Positions 11,480 through 25,101 of a stretch of 64,000 bases of DNA are shown one piece after another. Source of the DNA: Antedon mediterranea. Its lineage: Eukaryota > Animalia > Echinodermata. The stretch is from NCBI RefSeq assembly GCF_964355755.1, contig NC_092672.1, positions 24,069,237 to 24,133,236 of the forward strand. Reading direction: 5' to 3'. The position numbers and the translations under genes were made by a program. The notes below the pieces were generated by a model. That model had not been told where the DNA came from and searched no databases. It saw nothing but the letters and a program-made list of their open reading frames with translations. Each line of letters begins with the position of its first letter. The first letter of the stretch is position 1.

Positions 11480-13050
11480 ACTTAATACAAAAAATAGAAA
11501 TACAAAAAGGAGGTGGTCTATATTGCCAACGGAACTATTATGTGAGACACTTACCGACCACAACAAAAGGAGGTGGTCTATATTGCCAACGGAACTATTA
11601 TGTGAGACATTTACCGACCACAACAACTGCCCTTTTGAATGCCTTTTGATTAAAGTTACATTACCAAGAATGTGCAAACTCTTTAGCACCAATCAGTCGA
11701 ACCATCACAACTTTATTCTTATCTGCTCAACGAATGAGATAAACACTAAGATCATAAAATCACAATGAAGACACAGTTCTACGAGAGTTCGTCAGTTACA
11801 TCTTTCGGCCAATGTATACAATGGAGATGATCCTTTAAATTTTCTCTTGGATGGTAATGTTAATGCCAAAACTAATTTATATAATTCAATTATGCATGAT
11901 ACTTACAATGGGCATTTCCCAGTGATTACTAGCAGTAAGCGGGTTACAGATAAAACTGACGCACAACATAAGAAAATTAGTTAATTAATTAAGTTGCTAA
12001 ATTTAATTTAAGATAAATTTAAAAAACTGATCAATGGGCCAGACTTCGGAATTTGGTACAGAAAATAATTTAGGTTACCAGCATAATTGCCATCAAGAGA
12101 ACCTCCCCAGTTATATTCATATACTTTTTTTTTGTATATTTTGTTCATCATTTTTATATTGTAATTGTATTTCTTTCATACGGTCTCGTGGAAGAACACA
12201 TTTTGTTGTGAACGAGCCTCCGTTTTAAAATAAATATATTGTTATTATTATATATGCCTGGAAAGTACGGAAAAGGCTTAATATAGCTTGATTTAAAAAC
12301 ATCTAAAGCTGGTCATCCCGACAATTAACCAGTGAGCTTAATAATGGATTTTGCACCTGAACTAACTCCAATTATCACGAATATTTTGAACAGTGTAGTA
12401 GTGAAAGATACTTTTTTTTTAGGATTGGAAGAAGTCCACTCAGTTTACAATATGAAAGGTTAAAAATGCCAAGACTTTAAATGTGCTTAGACCTATCTCG
12501 CTCTCTTCATTTTTGTTTGAATATTTCATTTTTCAATGGATTCTCTAGAATAACAGTGACGGATAAGAGGCAATAGCTGCAAGCAGAGCTTGACAACTTT
12601 CCATCTTATCAGCGTCATTGACAAATCCTGAAGGGTTTTAAGAGAGATAGCTTTGATGCAAATATTTGTGTTCATCGTGTAGGTCACTCTGTATGTATCA
12701 ATAGGTTAATTGAGCTTAGGATTTGGTCGTCAATGGCACATCATAAATACTCGATTTGCGGGAGTGGTCTCTGATACATACCAATTAACTGTGGAGTACC
12801 TCATGGTAGCCTACTTTAATAGCACCCAACCTTTTCCTGGTGTTTTTCAATGATGCACTCATTATGTGCTGTGGAGGTTACAGTTACTTAAACAAGTGGT
12901 GCAATGTAACTGGTAATATGACACCGAAACTATCTAAATGTAAGGTGATGTCGTTACAACTATTAAGATGTTATTAAATTTGAAGTAAAAATGATTCAGT
13001 ATTAAAGGTGTTGAAATTAATTACTCGATATTGTTAGGCCTAGGCCTATT
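11480..13050 (+). pseudogene. Heavily decayed CR1/L2-group LINE (endonuclease and RT remnants), with a 60-bp duplication at ~11503-11625
   Basis: Remnant motifs: KGGG (APE-like) at ~11506, KAGHPD at ~12305, LRPISL at ~12487, and CGVPHGS...PxLFLVFFND at ~12789-12855. Many stops and frameshifts. Confidence 0.65.
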
Positions 13051-13249
13051 CATGATAATTTAAAATGTGATACGAATACTGAGGAGATTGTTTCAAGAGA
13101 TCTGTGTTTGAAAATGATATATTGATAGATCTATTTATTGAACAAACAGTAGGCCTAGTAAAAAAAAGATGTGTGGGAATTGTATGTAGTTGAAACCGAA
13201 ACACGACATAAACGCCTTGGTACAATATTGTGTGTATGAATTTGGCGGA

Positions 13250-13387
13250 GCGTTATTTGAGGGAAAATGCCCCGGGGCATTTATTATTTGAGGAGGTGGA
13301 AGGGTGGGCGTTTATTTCAAATGATGTTTCATGAAGGGGACGCGGCGCGTCATTCAAAGCGGGGCGTTTATTCGAATAAATACGGTA
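13250..13387 (-). mobile_element. End of a Tc1/mariner (pogo/Tigger-like) MITE
   Basis: GGGGCGTTTATTCGAATAAATACGG-TA terminus with subterminal GGCGTTTATT repeats. A related TA-CCGTATTTATTTGAATAAA end occurs at ~35750. Confidence 0.55.
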
Positions 13388-14192
13388 GGTTATTAGTTTT
13401 AATAAGTTAATCACTTCCGTAAAAAAACGACAAATGACAAAATAAAATGGTTACATTCTCTCAAAAACCCATCTACTTGTAGCAATTTGACTCTTTTTAA
13501 AATTACAGTTTTCCAGGTAAATTCAATTTTTGTCAAAGTGGATAACTATTAATGTGACATTAAAATGGCATCTGTAATTAACGTGGCCAAAATTACATTT
13601 CGATGATTATGTTGACACCTTAAATAATGAACAAAATATATATTGCGATATTAATTTGATTAAAAAATCAGGATTAAGATATGACATTAAACAAAATTTA
13701 AAAAAACGTTATCACCACTTAATACGAAACGATCTGGGAAGACAACTTTAGCTTATGGTTATAAAAGATATCTCTGATTATTTGATGATAAATAGATGAT
13801 TATTGATGATGTATGAATTATTTGATCACAGTCATTCCAAATTACATCTTTCTTGCGTCTTTTAGTTAATAGATTATAATGATTAAGACATGGTTTGTTC
13901 TTCCAGGCCTAAAAGGCTGTCGATTGCTTGATGATCGATTGATGAATAGGGTCACATCCCTACCATAGGCCTAGGTCTGCAATATTTATTACACAATAGT
14001 ATATCCTGACTTGCAATGATCTCAACCATGATCCTGTTTTAGAATGATTTTTTGTTGTTGAAATTAGATAAATTCGTATTATTAGGCCTACTTTTTAAAT
14101 TTATTAACATCACGTCATTTCAGTAATTTCCCAGGGACGTCTTCTTAAAAGATTCCAGGTCATCTCTTTAGACTTAGACAAAAGAATATATA

Positions 14193-14584
14193 TCACAAGA
14201 ATGAGTATTCCGCGATTTTTGCATGAGAAATTTGTAACAGAGAGCTCCAGAGAGAGTGATGCCCGCCCTCATAAGGGCGGATGTATACATACTAAATAAG
14301 ACTTGATTTAATAGATATTATACATGTCACATTACATAGAATTATGATAATATATTTTGCAATTGTAAACTATTTTATAATACATATTTATTAACAAACT
14401 AGTGTACATTCAGTTTTACAGACAATTATTTAGTAACATGCTAAATTGGTTCACAAAAAAGGCAATAGCAATAGGTGATTAGTGAAACCGTCACAAAAAG
14501 TTGTATACATCCCAGATACATCCTCACTCATGGCGGCGCCCTACCACATGGACAAGGAAAATCGCGGATTACTCATTCTTGTGA
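14193..14584. mobile_element. MITE (~390 bp) with 27-bp terminal inverted repeats
   Basis: TCACAAGAATGAGTATTCCGCGATTTT and AAAATCGCGGATTACTCATTCTTGTGA differ by 1 mismatch. No target-site duplication is evident. Confidence 0.65.
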
Positions 14585-14826
14585 GTCGTCGGCAGAGGTC
14601 GCACACGTGTGTGTACTACCATGGAGTAAAGAATAAGGGTACTACATGTGGTGGCACAAAAAAGTTTTCAGGAATCATGACTGTTTGTGTTGACATATTT
14701 TGAACTTTAGTTCCCGGTAATATTTTACATATTTTATGGTAAAGTTAAGCTATCAGTGACTTTTGTAAAGGATAACAATAGGCCATTCCAACAATACAGG
14801 TGCCTAAGCCTACTAATAATTATTAA

Positions 14827-16410
14827 AGGGGGATTCTGGGTTTAAAATTGCTTTTAAATATCGTTTATTTATTAAATAAAAAATATTATAACAATATAGA
14901 CATGTCAGAATGAAGAAGTAATAACGAGAAATTAAAAAAATTAAATTTCATATACATTATAGGGTAAATTCATGGAAAGTCTGTTTTTCAGCAGCTTAGG
15001 GAAGCTCATTAATATTCATGAGATATTCACAAAATCACGTCATCAGTGGATTCCAAACTCGCGACGTCAAGCTTGTACGTTGTGTTCTCTCTCCTCTGTC
15101 AAACGACGACCACCTGATCTTTGTGAAATACATTTTTTGTAGATTTTCTAAGCTAGGCCTAAAGTGTAATAATAACAGTAGTAGCATATATTTATTTGAC
15201 ATTTAATGAAATACAAAATTTAGTACAGATTACGGAGTCATAAATTATACTATTTTTATACCTCGAATTAATAGTACAGATCGTATATCGGCTTCACGTA
15301 CTAGGCTAGGCCTAGACTAAATCATTTTATTCATGCCGGGGTGAGAGCCATTTCTGACTAGGGATTCCATGCCACGATGGCCATCATTCATGGGCCTAGC
15401 TAGCCTATTACTAAACGATTGGCCTATAAATAACAAAACTCAGTGGATTCCAAACCCATCCTATCAACCAAACTCCTAAACAATCTAAACCTAAAACGTT
15501 CTACAAAAATCGGCTGTAAATTTTGAGGCAAAACAAGGTCCGATCGCCGTCCGCACGTATGGTCTAATAAGTAGGCCTAGTTTACTCTCCAAAAAATCGT
15601 ATACTGCATCAAGCAAGTAGACCGGTAGTAGGAAGGAGACCTAGCCTAGCCTAGCCGATCCGGCCCAGTTAAAAATTGAGCTAGCTAGTGTAGTAGACCC
15701 TATGCGAATTGATACTACCAGGCCTTTTACTATAGGCTGCACTTGTTAAAATTAGCAATACTGTACTTATGTTTACAAATATTCCAACTCTCTCATTCGA
15801 GCTATATTATCTATACCATTCTGGTAGGTTGAGTCGACCTTCAATCAAATACTGTACATCGTTCATGTTGTGATATAGACGGGGTATACTCGACCCGACC
15901 AGTTTGGTATTGTATACTGTATCTGCTTATCACGTGACGATGCCAGGCATGGGCAGAGAGAGCACGTGTATCGTCGTCTCGCTCTCCTCGCTCAGCAGGA
16001 ATGTATACGTTACGCTTCATTGATTTTGAAGGCTTTCCCTAAGTCAGTGCAAAAATCGGCAAACGTAAAGTGCAAACTTATCTAATTTTTCACTGTTTTG
16101 ATGGATTTTCATAGAAAATTGATTTTATAAATGGAAAGACCGACTAAAATTACATCAGATAAGTATAATTTTACAAATGTAATTGATATGGTTATTGATA
16201 ACGAGTCGTCGGAAGATTGACCATTTCACGAATTTCGTATTCTGTAACCACAGTGTGATTTTGCCGTAGCTGCACTTGTAATCTGGCCTCATTTCACAGC
16301 CTTCGTTCTGCTTCACTGGGCGCTTATATAAATTGAAACTTTTACCGTTCAAGAGACAAACAGATATATTTTACATTTTTTACTATTCATTTTAAACCCG
16401 GAACCCCCCT
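14827..16410. mobile_element. Non-autonomous Kolobok-type DNA transposon (1.58 kb)
   Basis: TTAA on both sides (14823-14826, 16411-16414). The 22-bp TIRs AGGGGGATTCTGGGTTTAAAAT and ATTTTAAACCCGGAACCCCCCT differ by 2 mismatches. No transposase ORF. Confidence 0.8.
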
Positions 16411-16708
16411 TTAAGCTAATAAGACAAGAATGATTTTAGCCTTAGGCTACTATATTAAGCTGTGTAGTAAGTACTGTATGTAGGCTAAAGTTAAGCCCCC
16501 GATCCGGCCTCACTGTGGCCTAGCTAGCTGAGATTTAGGTACCTGTCTTTCTTACTGTAACAGCAGTCTATCACAGCTTTTCCGACTGGCGAGGTATGCA
16601 AGACTTGATAACTTTAAGATTGAATGCCTACAACTTAAGCAATAAATCTGTTTAATAACTTGGTAGCAAAAATGATACATTAGTTACTATACAGTGTGTG
16701 CCGCAATT

Positions 16709-16975
16709 GTTTTGAAGTAATTAACCACTGATGGAAGGTATCTCATCCTAGTCACATTGCCTATGTTTTGAAGTAATTAACCACTGATGGAAGGTATCCC
16801 ATCCTAGTCCCATTGCCTATGTTTTGAAGTAATTAACCACTGATGGAAGGTATCCCATCCTAGTCACATTGCCTATGTTTTGAAGTAATTAACCACTGAT
16901 GGAAGGTATCCCATCCTAGTCCCATTGCCTATGTTTTTTTAAGTAATTAACCACTGATGGAAGGTATCCCATCCT
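16709..16975. repeat. 56-bp minisatellite, ~4.6 copies
   Basis: Unit TTTTGAAGTAATTAACCACTGATGGAAGGTATCCCATCCTAGTCACATTGCCTATG. Confidence 0.95.
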
Positions 16976-18233
16976 TTAAGTCGCCTATGTTTTTTATGTT
17001 AAAAGTTTTAAAACATGAAACCAGGTCATTCCGTGTCTTAAATGTACGTTTTATGGTAATATGATAAAAAGAAAAAAAACAATGCACTACTAAATTTATT
17101 AGAATCGATTATTTTTCACATTTTTAACCATTTAAAGCCAAAACAAGTTATCGCAATAGGATAAGATGAATGTAATTTGTGACCTTAAATTAAATCTAAA
17201 ACACGTAGGGAATGGGACTTTAGACAGACTTCCCCCATGATTTTATTGTATACTCCTTGAGTGGTGGTAAATATGCAACAGTATTCATAAAATGGTTTTG
17301 CAAAATGAGGACCAGTGAAAATACCACTACACCATGACGTCATTTATATTAACTAAAAAGATTACTAAAAGTATTACAGTTACCTCTGACTTAATTAAAG
17401 TCTTCAGTCAATGTTGATCAGATTTTTGTAGATTTTGTATTTTGGTATGACCCACTATACTACAAGATTACATGGTTTTGTAAATATTTTTTTCTCTAAT
17501 TTTTTTAATTCCACAATTTTTCCAGTCATCATCTTAATTTTGTAAAGCTCGGTTTAATACCTTTAGCAGAGCATCATTCTTTACATTTGTTTCTTGAAGG
17601 TATTTGTATCATGAACACATTCTCTACGTTACCAAACTGTTCCAAGCCAAACACACACCATTTAACAAACGACTGACACATAAAATCTATGAGCGTAGTC
17701 AGCCTAGACGAGTACTAAGTCTTACCATTTGCCTCTTTTTTTCATTTAAGGTAAAGATTAATAAGATAATAAATTAGTAACTTCTATCATAATTAATTAT
17801 GGAAAACTACAGGGATATTGTAAATTAGAAATGTAAAAGTTTGAATATATCCACTGTGATGTAACACATACACATCTATCAGGCACACACTGCAGAATAA
17901 GTGTAATTTTCAGAATAACCATTAATTATATAGTTCTAGATAGTCTTTCTCCTTTTTTGCTGAAGTAGGGAAGGCCATTGTCCCTGTATCCCCCTCTTTT
18001 GATCCTGCATTTGCCCTCATGGTTTTTCAAGATTAAAAAAACATGTTGAAATACTTGCTGTTCTATTTAACTCAGTTCAACCTTCTTTTAACAATAGTCA
18101 ATCTTTCAATTCATGACATTTTCTCACCACAACTCAATCATTCATTATTTGCATACTAATGCCAAGTGCCAAGCCATAATAACATTAATTTCCATAGACA
18201 GCTGCCAATACTGTAAACTATTTTATTTTGCAG

Positions 18234-18358
18234 GTTCATAACTGGGCAGCAGTGCCTCTTGTGGTTGTTACCTTGCCACAAAGGCAGAAATAGCAAAGCT
18301 TTGAAGAAGACTTCTCATAAAATTGCTGCAGCCAGGATATATCAGACAACATAATACG
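18234..18358 (+). other. Probable non-coding (5'UTR) exon of gene 2
   Basis: Strong acceptor TTTTATTTTGCAG| and donor ACG|GTATGT around a 125-nt GC-richer island. All three frames contain stops and there is no ATG. Confidence 0.45.
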
Positions 18359-19149
18359 GTATGTTTTTGCTATAGGCCTACAGTATAGCAATGATTTTCT
18401 ATTGAAACTTGTTTTAATGAGATGTGTATGATTGATATTATGTCTATTAGTATTAAGTTTCCATATACTACACTTAACAACTTCTTGTGTTTTGTAAATC
18501 ATGTGTAGGAGTTTTGTAAATGGATTGTATAGAATTTTAAAGTGAAATTCAATAGAATACTTGTGTATTGTGCTTCTATATTTAATAAGTGCACAGACCG
18601 TGGACACGTTTTTGTGATATCAAAATTAGGTACTATTCATTGTGAATACTATAATAGAAATATACTCTAAAGAGTTAGACAGTTGGTGCTATGAATTGAT
18701 TGAATTCAGACAACTAGAAAGTCAGTCCAGTTATTATGAATTACCAGATTATTCCAGTTTAGCCAATAATATGTAAGTTTGCAATGTAGACGTTATGTAA
18801 GTAAAGTAAGAAATACAGTATATTGCTGGTTTTTTAGATCAATTTTATAAATTTGATAAATATTATCTTATAATTTTGATTATTAAGAGTAAGAGTTTTA
18901 AGGAAGAAGGAAGCTGAAATAAGCTGGTTGAGAATTGAAATGTTTGGATAAAAGAGAAGAAAATTAAATGAGTTATTACAACAGGATATGTCATTTTTTT
19001 TGTCACCAGTATGTAGATTTAGGAGGACACTTTTATATAGTTTAACTCTATTTTCTTTAACATAACATGTTTGATAGCCTGATAAGTTTAGTAGACTTCT
19101 TAGTCAATGTAAAGAGTGGCCTACTGTATCTTTTAAGCTGCTTGGTCAG

Positions 19150-20545
19150 TTCTGTAGATCTGTCAGTCTTTTAAACATGTAACAGGTTAGATCTGATATA
19201 CCAATTGATTCCTGTAGGTCTGTCAGTCTTTTAGACATTTAACAGGTTAGATCTGATATACCAATTGGTTTCTGTAGGTCTGTCAGTCTTTTAAACATTT
19301 AACAGGTTAGATCTGATATATCAATTGATTCCTGTAGGTCTGTCAGTCTTTTAAACATTTAACAGGTTAGATCTGATATACCAATTGATTCCTGTAGGTC
19401 TGTCAGTCTTTTAAACATTTAACAGGTTAGATCTGATATACCAATTGATTTCTGTAGGTCTGTCAATCTTTTAAACATTTAACAGGTTAGATCTGATATA
19501 CCAATTTATTCCTGTAGGTCTGTCAGTCTTTTAAACATTTAATTTTCATTTATTTTTTATCCATGAATTTAAATTATAAACATTGTAACATACACATAAT
19601 AATAATTATATCAAGGGAAGGGCTAAAAAATAGTTAAAACTAATCAAGTTCAGACCCTAAACATTGAAATATAAATAGTTATATAAATAATTTAGGGTTA
19701 GATCTAGTATACCAATTGATTTCTGTAGGTCTGTCAGTCTTTTAAACAGGTAACAGGTTAGATATAGTATACCAATTGATTTATGTAGGTCTGTCAGTCT
19801 TTGTAACAGGTAACAGGTTAGATCTAGTATACCAATTGATTTCTGTAGGTCTGTCAGTCTTTTAAACATGTTACAGGTTAGATCTAGTATACCAATTTAT
19901 TCCTGTAGGTCTGTCAGTCTGGTAAACATTTATCACATTAGATCTGATATATCAATTGATTTCTATAGGTCTTTCAGTCTTGTAAACATTTATCACATTA
20001 GATCTTATATACCAATTTATTCCTGTAGGTCTGTCAGTCTTTTAAACAGGTCACAGGTTAGATCTAGTATACCAACAGCAGTACAACCTACAGGAATCAA
20101 TTGGTATATCAGATCTAATGTGATAAATGTCTAAAAGACTGACAGACCTACAGAAATAAATTGGTATATCAGATCTAACCTGTTACCTGTTTAAAAGACT
20201 GACAGATCTACAGGAATCAATTGGTATATAAGATCTAACCTGTTACATGTTTAAAAGATTGACAGTCCTACAGAAATCAATTGGTATATCAGATCTAACT
20301 GTTTAAAAGACTGACAGACCTACAGGAATCAATTATTGGTATATCAAAACTAACATGTTACATGTTTAAAAGACTAACAGACCTACAGGAATCAATTGGT
20401 ATATCAGATCTAACCTGTTACATATTTAAAAGACTAACAGACCTATAGAAATCAATTGGTATATCAGATCTAACATGTTACATGTTTAAAAGACTAATAG
20501 ACATACAGAAATCAATTGATATATCAGATCTAATGTGTTAAATGT
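19150..20545. repeat. 60-bp satellite with an internal strand inversion (copy A)
   Basis: Unit GTCTGTCAGTCTTTTAAACATGTAACAGGTTAGATCTAGTATACCAATTGATTTCTGTAG runs forward to ~20075 and reverse-complement from 20085 to 20545. An unrelated ~170-bp insert interrupts it at 19520-19693. Confidence 0.95.
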
Positions 20546-21193
20546 TTTATTTTTTCTGTCTTAACTTTCAGTCCTGTAGTTATCATACTAAGAATTGTTC
20601 TCATATGTGTAGTAATTAAATTAAAATACTATTTAATATTTTTGGCTAAAATAGCAATTATTTGCTAATAAAAACTGAGCTGAGCTTGTTTCCCTCTAGT
20701 ACTTTTTAGGGGTTCTATAGAAATTTAATAACATAACTCTAAAGGAAATTCCACAGAGTATTGTGAATTGTACATCAACAAAAAGAAGTGCACAGACCGT
20801 GCAAAAGTTGTTGTGACATCATAGCTAAATTCAATAAGCATATTATGTGAATGGATGAACACTAAATATGAAAATAGACTGTAAGGAGTGGTAGGCAGTT
20901 GGTGCTACAAATTGGTTGAATTTTGAGTTGATTGGTAAAGTCAGTATAGTTATCAAGATTTCAAGTTGAGTCTGTAATTTGTAAGTTTGCATTGTTTGTA
21001 GTTCATATTAAAGCAAGAAATACTACCCTAACTATTATCAGATAAATTTATTTACAAATTTGTAATTTACAGTTTAGTATTGAAGGCTACAATAAGCAGG
21101 TTTGAAAATAAACCCTGAAATACTGTTTGGATGTGAGTGCAGCAAACAATTTTTGTAAATGTAAAAATGACACAATTGTGGAAAGGGGGTTAA

Positions 21194-21557
21194 AGGCCCA
21201 TTTACACAAGGGCAATAACGATTGACAATAAGAAGATAATATGAATTTTTCATTTTCAAAAAGAAAAGAATTTAAAAAGGTTTTCACCCTAGAACTGGAT
21301 TATCATCTATGCTGCCTCTAATGAAAATAATATTTCCACACTTCCAATCAAATGACGTCATGATTTAATAGTAAGAGCAATAATATCGGGACAATACAAT
21401 GATTTTATTGTTTTTTTTTATCATGATGTCATTTGATTCGATTTTTAAAAATACTTTTTTTATCAGATACAGCATAAATTATTATCCTATAGTTCTAGAA
21501 CGAAAACTGTTGTATCTATTTATCGTCGATCGTTATCGCCCTAGTGTAAATGGGCCT
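21194..21557. mobile_element. PIF/Harbinger-type MITE (364 bp)
   Basis: TAA target duplication (21191-21193, 21558-21560) and long TIRs AGGCCCATTTACACAAGGGCAATAACGAT / ATCGTTATCGCCCTAGTGTAAATGGGCCT. The empty site GGGTTAAGAGTA is present in the duplicated copy at ~23615. Confidence 0.9.
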
Positions 21558-21849
21558 TAAGAGTATAGGAGGGGCATGTGCTTTCACCCCTAATTAGGAA
21601 TGTCAGAGCCTAAAATCTGGGCAATTTCTAGGCTTTCTTGTTTTTTTACCTAGTCACCATGCATACAGATTTACGAAGCCAACTATAATTTGAAAGGAAA
21701 TTCTAAATAACTGACCAAAAAGTATGAGTCAAATGTAAAATTGTCATATTAAACATTTTTTGAACGGCAACCTGATAAGTTTAGTAGACTTCTTAGTCAG
21801 TGTAAAGAGTGCATGGCCTACTGTATCTTTTAAGCTGCTTGGTTGGTTC

Positions 21850-22980
21850 TATAGGTCTGTCAGTCTCTGAAACATTTAACATTTTAGATTTAATATACCA
21901 ATTCATTCCTGTAAGTCTGTCAGTCTTTTAAACATTTAACAGGTTAGATATGATATACCAATTGATTTCTGTAGATCTGTTAGTCTTTTTAACATGTAAC
22001 AGGTTAGATCTAGTATACCAATTTATTCCCTGTAAGTCTGTCAGTCTTTTAAACATGTAACACAATACTGTAGATCTAGTATACTAATTGATTTCTGTAG
22101 GTCTGTCAGTCTTTTAAACATGTAACAGGATATAGATCTAGTATACTGTACTAATTGATTCCTATAGGTCTGTCAGTCTTTTAAACATGTAACAGGTTAG
22201 ATCTAGTATACCAATTTATTCCTGTAGGTCTGTCAGTCTTTTAAACATGTAACAGGTAGATCTTATATACCAATTGATTTCTGTAGGTCTGGCAGTCTTT
22301 TAAACATGTAACAGGTTAGATCTATTATACCAATTTATTCCCTGTAAGTCTGTCAGTCTTTTAAACATGTAACAGGATAGATCTAGTATACTAATTGATT
22401 CCTATAGGTCTGTCAGTCTTTTAAACATGTAACAGGTTAGATCTAGTATACCAATTTATTACTGTAGGTCTGTCAGTCTTTTAAACATGTAACATGTAGA
22501 TCTTATATACCAATTGATTCCTGTAGGTCTGTCAGTATTTTAAACATGTAACAGGTTAGATCTAGTATACCAATTTATTCCTGTAAGTCTGTCAGTCTTT
22601 TAAACATGTAACATGTAGATCTAGTATACTAATTGATTTCTGTAGGTCTGTCAGTCTTTTAAACATGTAACAGGTTAGATCTAGTATACCAATTTATTAC
22701 TGTAGGTCTGTCAGTCTTTTAGACATTTAACAGGTAGATCTAGTATACTAATTGATTTCTGTAGGTCTGTCAGTCTTTTAAACATGTAACGAGTTAGATC
22801 TTATACACCAATTTATTCCTGTTGGTCTGTCAGTCTTTTAAACATTTGACACATTAGATCTGATATAATAATTGATTTCTGTAGGTCTGTCAGTCTTTTA
22901 AACATTTAACAGGTTAGATCTGATATACCAACAGACCAACAGAAATCAATTGGTATACTAGATCTAATGTGTTAAATGTT
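21850..22980. repeat. 60-bp satellite (copy B), ~18 forward units and one inverted partial unit
   Basis: Same unit as 19150-20545; inversion junction at ~22932. Confidence 0.95.
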
Positions 22981-24423
22981 TTATTATTTTTTCTGTCTAA
23001 ACTTTTAGTCCTGTAGTTACCATACAGAGAATTTTTCTCAAATGTGTAGTAATTAAATTAAAATACTATTTTTTTTTGTGCCTAAAATAGCAATTATTTG
23101 CTAATAAAAACTGAGCTGAGCTTGTTTCCCTCTAGTACTTTTTAGGGGTTTTATAGAAATTTAGTAACAGAATTCAAAAGGAAATTCCACAGAGTATTGT
23201 GAATTGTACATCAACAGAAAAAAGCGCATAGACCGTGCAAAAGTTGTTGTGACATCATAGCTAAATTCAATAAGCATATATGTGAATGAACACTAAATAT
23301 GAAAATAGACTGTAAGGAGTGGTAGGCAGTTGGTGCTACAAATTGGTTGAATTTTGAGTTGATTGGTAAAGTCAGTATAGTTATCAAGATTTCAAGTTGA
23401 GTCTGTAATTTGTAAGTTTGCATTGTTTGTAGTTCATATTAAAGCAAGAAATACTACCCTAACTATTATCAGATAAATTTATTTACAAATTTGTAATTTA
23501 CAGTTTAGTATTGAAGGCTGCAATGAGTAGATTTGAAAATAAACACTGAAATACTGTTTGGATCAGAGTGCAAACAATTTTTGTAAATGTAAGAATTACA
23601 CAATTGTGGGAAGCGGGTTAAGAGTATGGGAGGGGCATGTTCTTTCACCCCTAATTAGGGATGTCAGAAACTCTAAACTCTGGGCAATCTCTAGGCTTGA
23701 TTGTTGTTTTACCTAGTCACCATGCATACAGATTATAAGCCAATTATAATCTGAAAAGAAATTCTAAAAATGGACAGAAAAGTATGAGTCATTGTATTGT
23801 CATACTGTATTAAACAATTTTTTGCACGGCAACCAATTCTATGTAAAATATACCGAGATTTAATTAATTTTACAATGCTAAAGTAATTTTTTTTTCTCTT
23901 TTGTGGGGCAGCCCACTTTTATTGCACATATTATGATAAACAATATGATATTTATATTACACATTCTGAGGTTAAAAGATTATAGAAAATATTGTGATAT
24001 TGTGTTGAAATCTAAATATGACAAAACAAGTATACAGAGAAAATTTATATTACAGAGCTAAAACGATATAAAGATTAACTCAGTTAATATTCAGTATTAA
24101 CAAGCACGAATGTGCAATACTCGGGGTACAGCGAAAGAAGCTGTAATGACGTCATAAGACCGGATGTAACGTAACATACACATCAATAACCGCGCTACCA
24201 AATACGGCTATACGGTACCATCTTCGAGACGTGATATTGCTGCATCCGGTATGAAATTAAAAAATCCGGCTCTATAGCTTTGAGGACATGTCCCTGTAGT
24301 ATATTCATGCTAAATCCGAGCTCAATACTACAACGAAAGGGAGGAGTATTTACCGATTACACAAAATAAATATTTAAAAAAATAATAAAAATAAGATATA
24401 CTGTGTATAATTATCATATTGCG

Positions 24424-24840
24424 TAAAGGACGCCTTGAAACTTTCATCCGTCGGGCTGGTAAAATGATTGGTCTGGAACTGCCTTCCTTTACCGATGTGC
24501 ACCTAGAACACCTCCAGAAAGATTTCGAACGCATTGAGTTGGATTTCTCTCATCCTCTCCACAAAGTAATCATAGACCAACTTAATCCAAGTGGTAGATT
24601 GAGGCTCCTCAGTGTGAAAACAAATCGATTTGCTAAATCCTTTATTCCCTCCGGTATCATCTAGTACAACAGGAAGTCAAGAAGATAATTTTATCTTGTA
24701 ATTTTGTAGATGTTTTTATAAGAATGGTTTTATGCTACAGGTATATTTGTTTTTATTGTGTGTTCTTTGTTATTATGATGAGCAATGAATTTCCTTTTTG
24801 AGGATCAATAAAAGTTATCTTATCTTATCTTATCTTATCT
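24424..24840 (+). mobile_element. 5'-truncated Rex1/Babar-type LINE 3' end
   Basis: Motif DFSHPLHK...NPSGRLRLLSVKTNRFAKSFIPSGII, AATAAA and a (TTATC)5 tail. The empty site ATATTGCG|TATACA is visible in the sister module at ~25345-25358. Confidence 0.88.
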
Positions 24841-24876
24841 TATACACTACTTTTCACCATAAAGTTAAATAAAAAA

Positions 24877-24951
24877 GGTTTCGCCCGGGCTCGAACCAGG
24901 TACCTTCTGCGTGTTTTTAAGTAAACGTGATAACCACTACGCCAACAAGCC
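24877..24951 (-). pseudogene. tRNA-Val-derived pseudogene (anticodon loop expanded)
   Basis: Reverse complement GGCTTGTTGGCGTAGTGGTTATCACGTTTACTTAAAAACACGCAGAAGGTACCTGGTTCGAGCCCGGGCGAAACC, followed by a T-run. Confidence 0.8.
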
Positions 24952-25101
24952 GCATATAACTACATAGCGCTGTGGTGTGTGTCACACATTGTGGCTTCCT
25001 AATTAAAGAAATTAATTTAAAAAAAGCACGAATGTGCAATACTCGGGGTACAGAGAAAGAAGCTGTATACAGACGTATACAGTTAAAGTTAAAGAAAAAT
25101 A

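Larger units (their letters stand above)
19078..23834. repeat. Tandem segmental duplication (copy A 19078-21770, copy B 21771-23834), with an older third partial copy at ~18500-18860
   Basis: Both copies start CCTGATAAGTTTAGTAGACTTCTTAGTCA and end TTTTTTG(A/C)ACGGCAACC, and 20550-21190 matches 22980-23620. GTGCACAGACCGTG...CAGTTGGTGCTA also occurs at 18590-18690. Confidence 0.92.

Noticed and set aside
16564-16593. Possible small upstream 5'UTR exon of gene 2 (ACAG|...GAG|GTATGC)
   Set aside because: Splice-like signals alone are too weak without transcript evidence.
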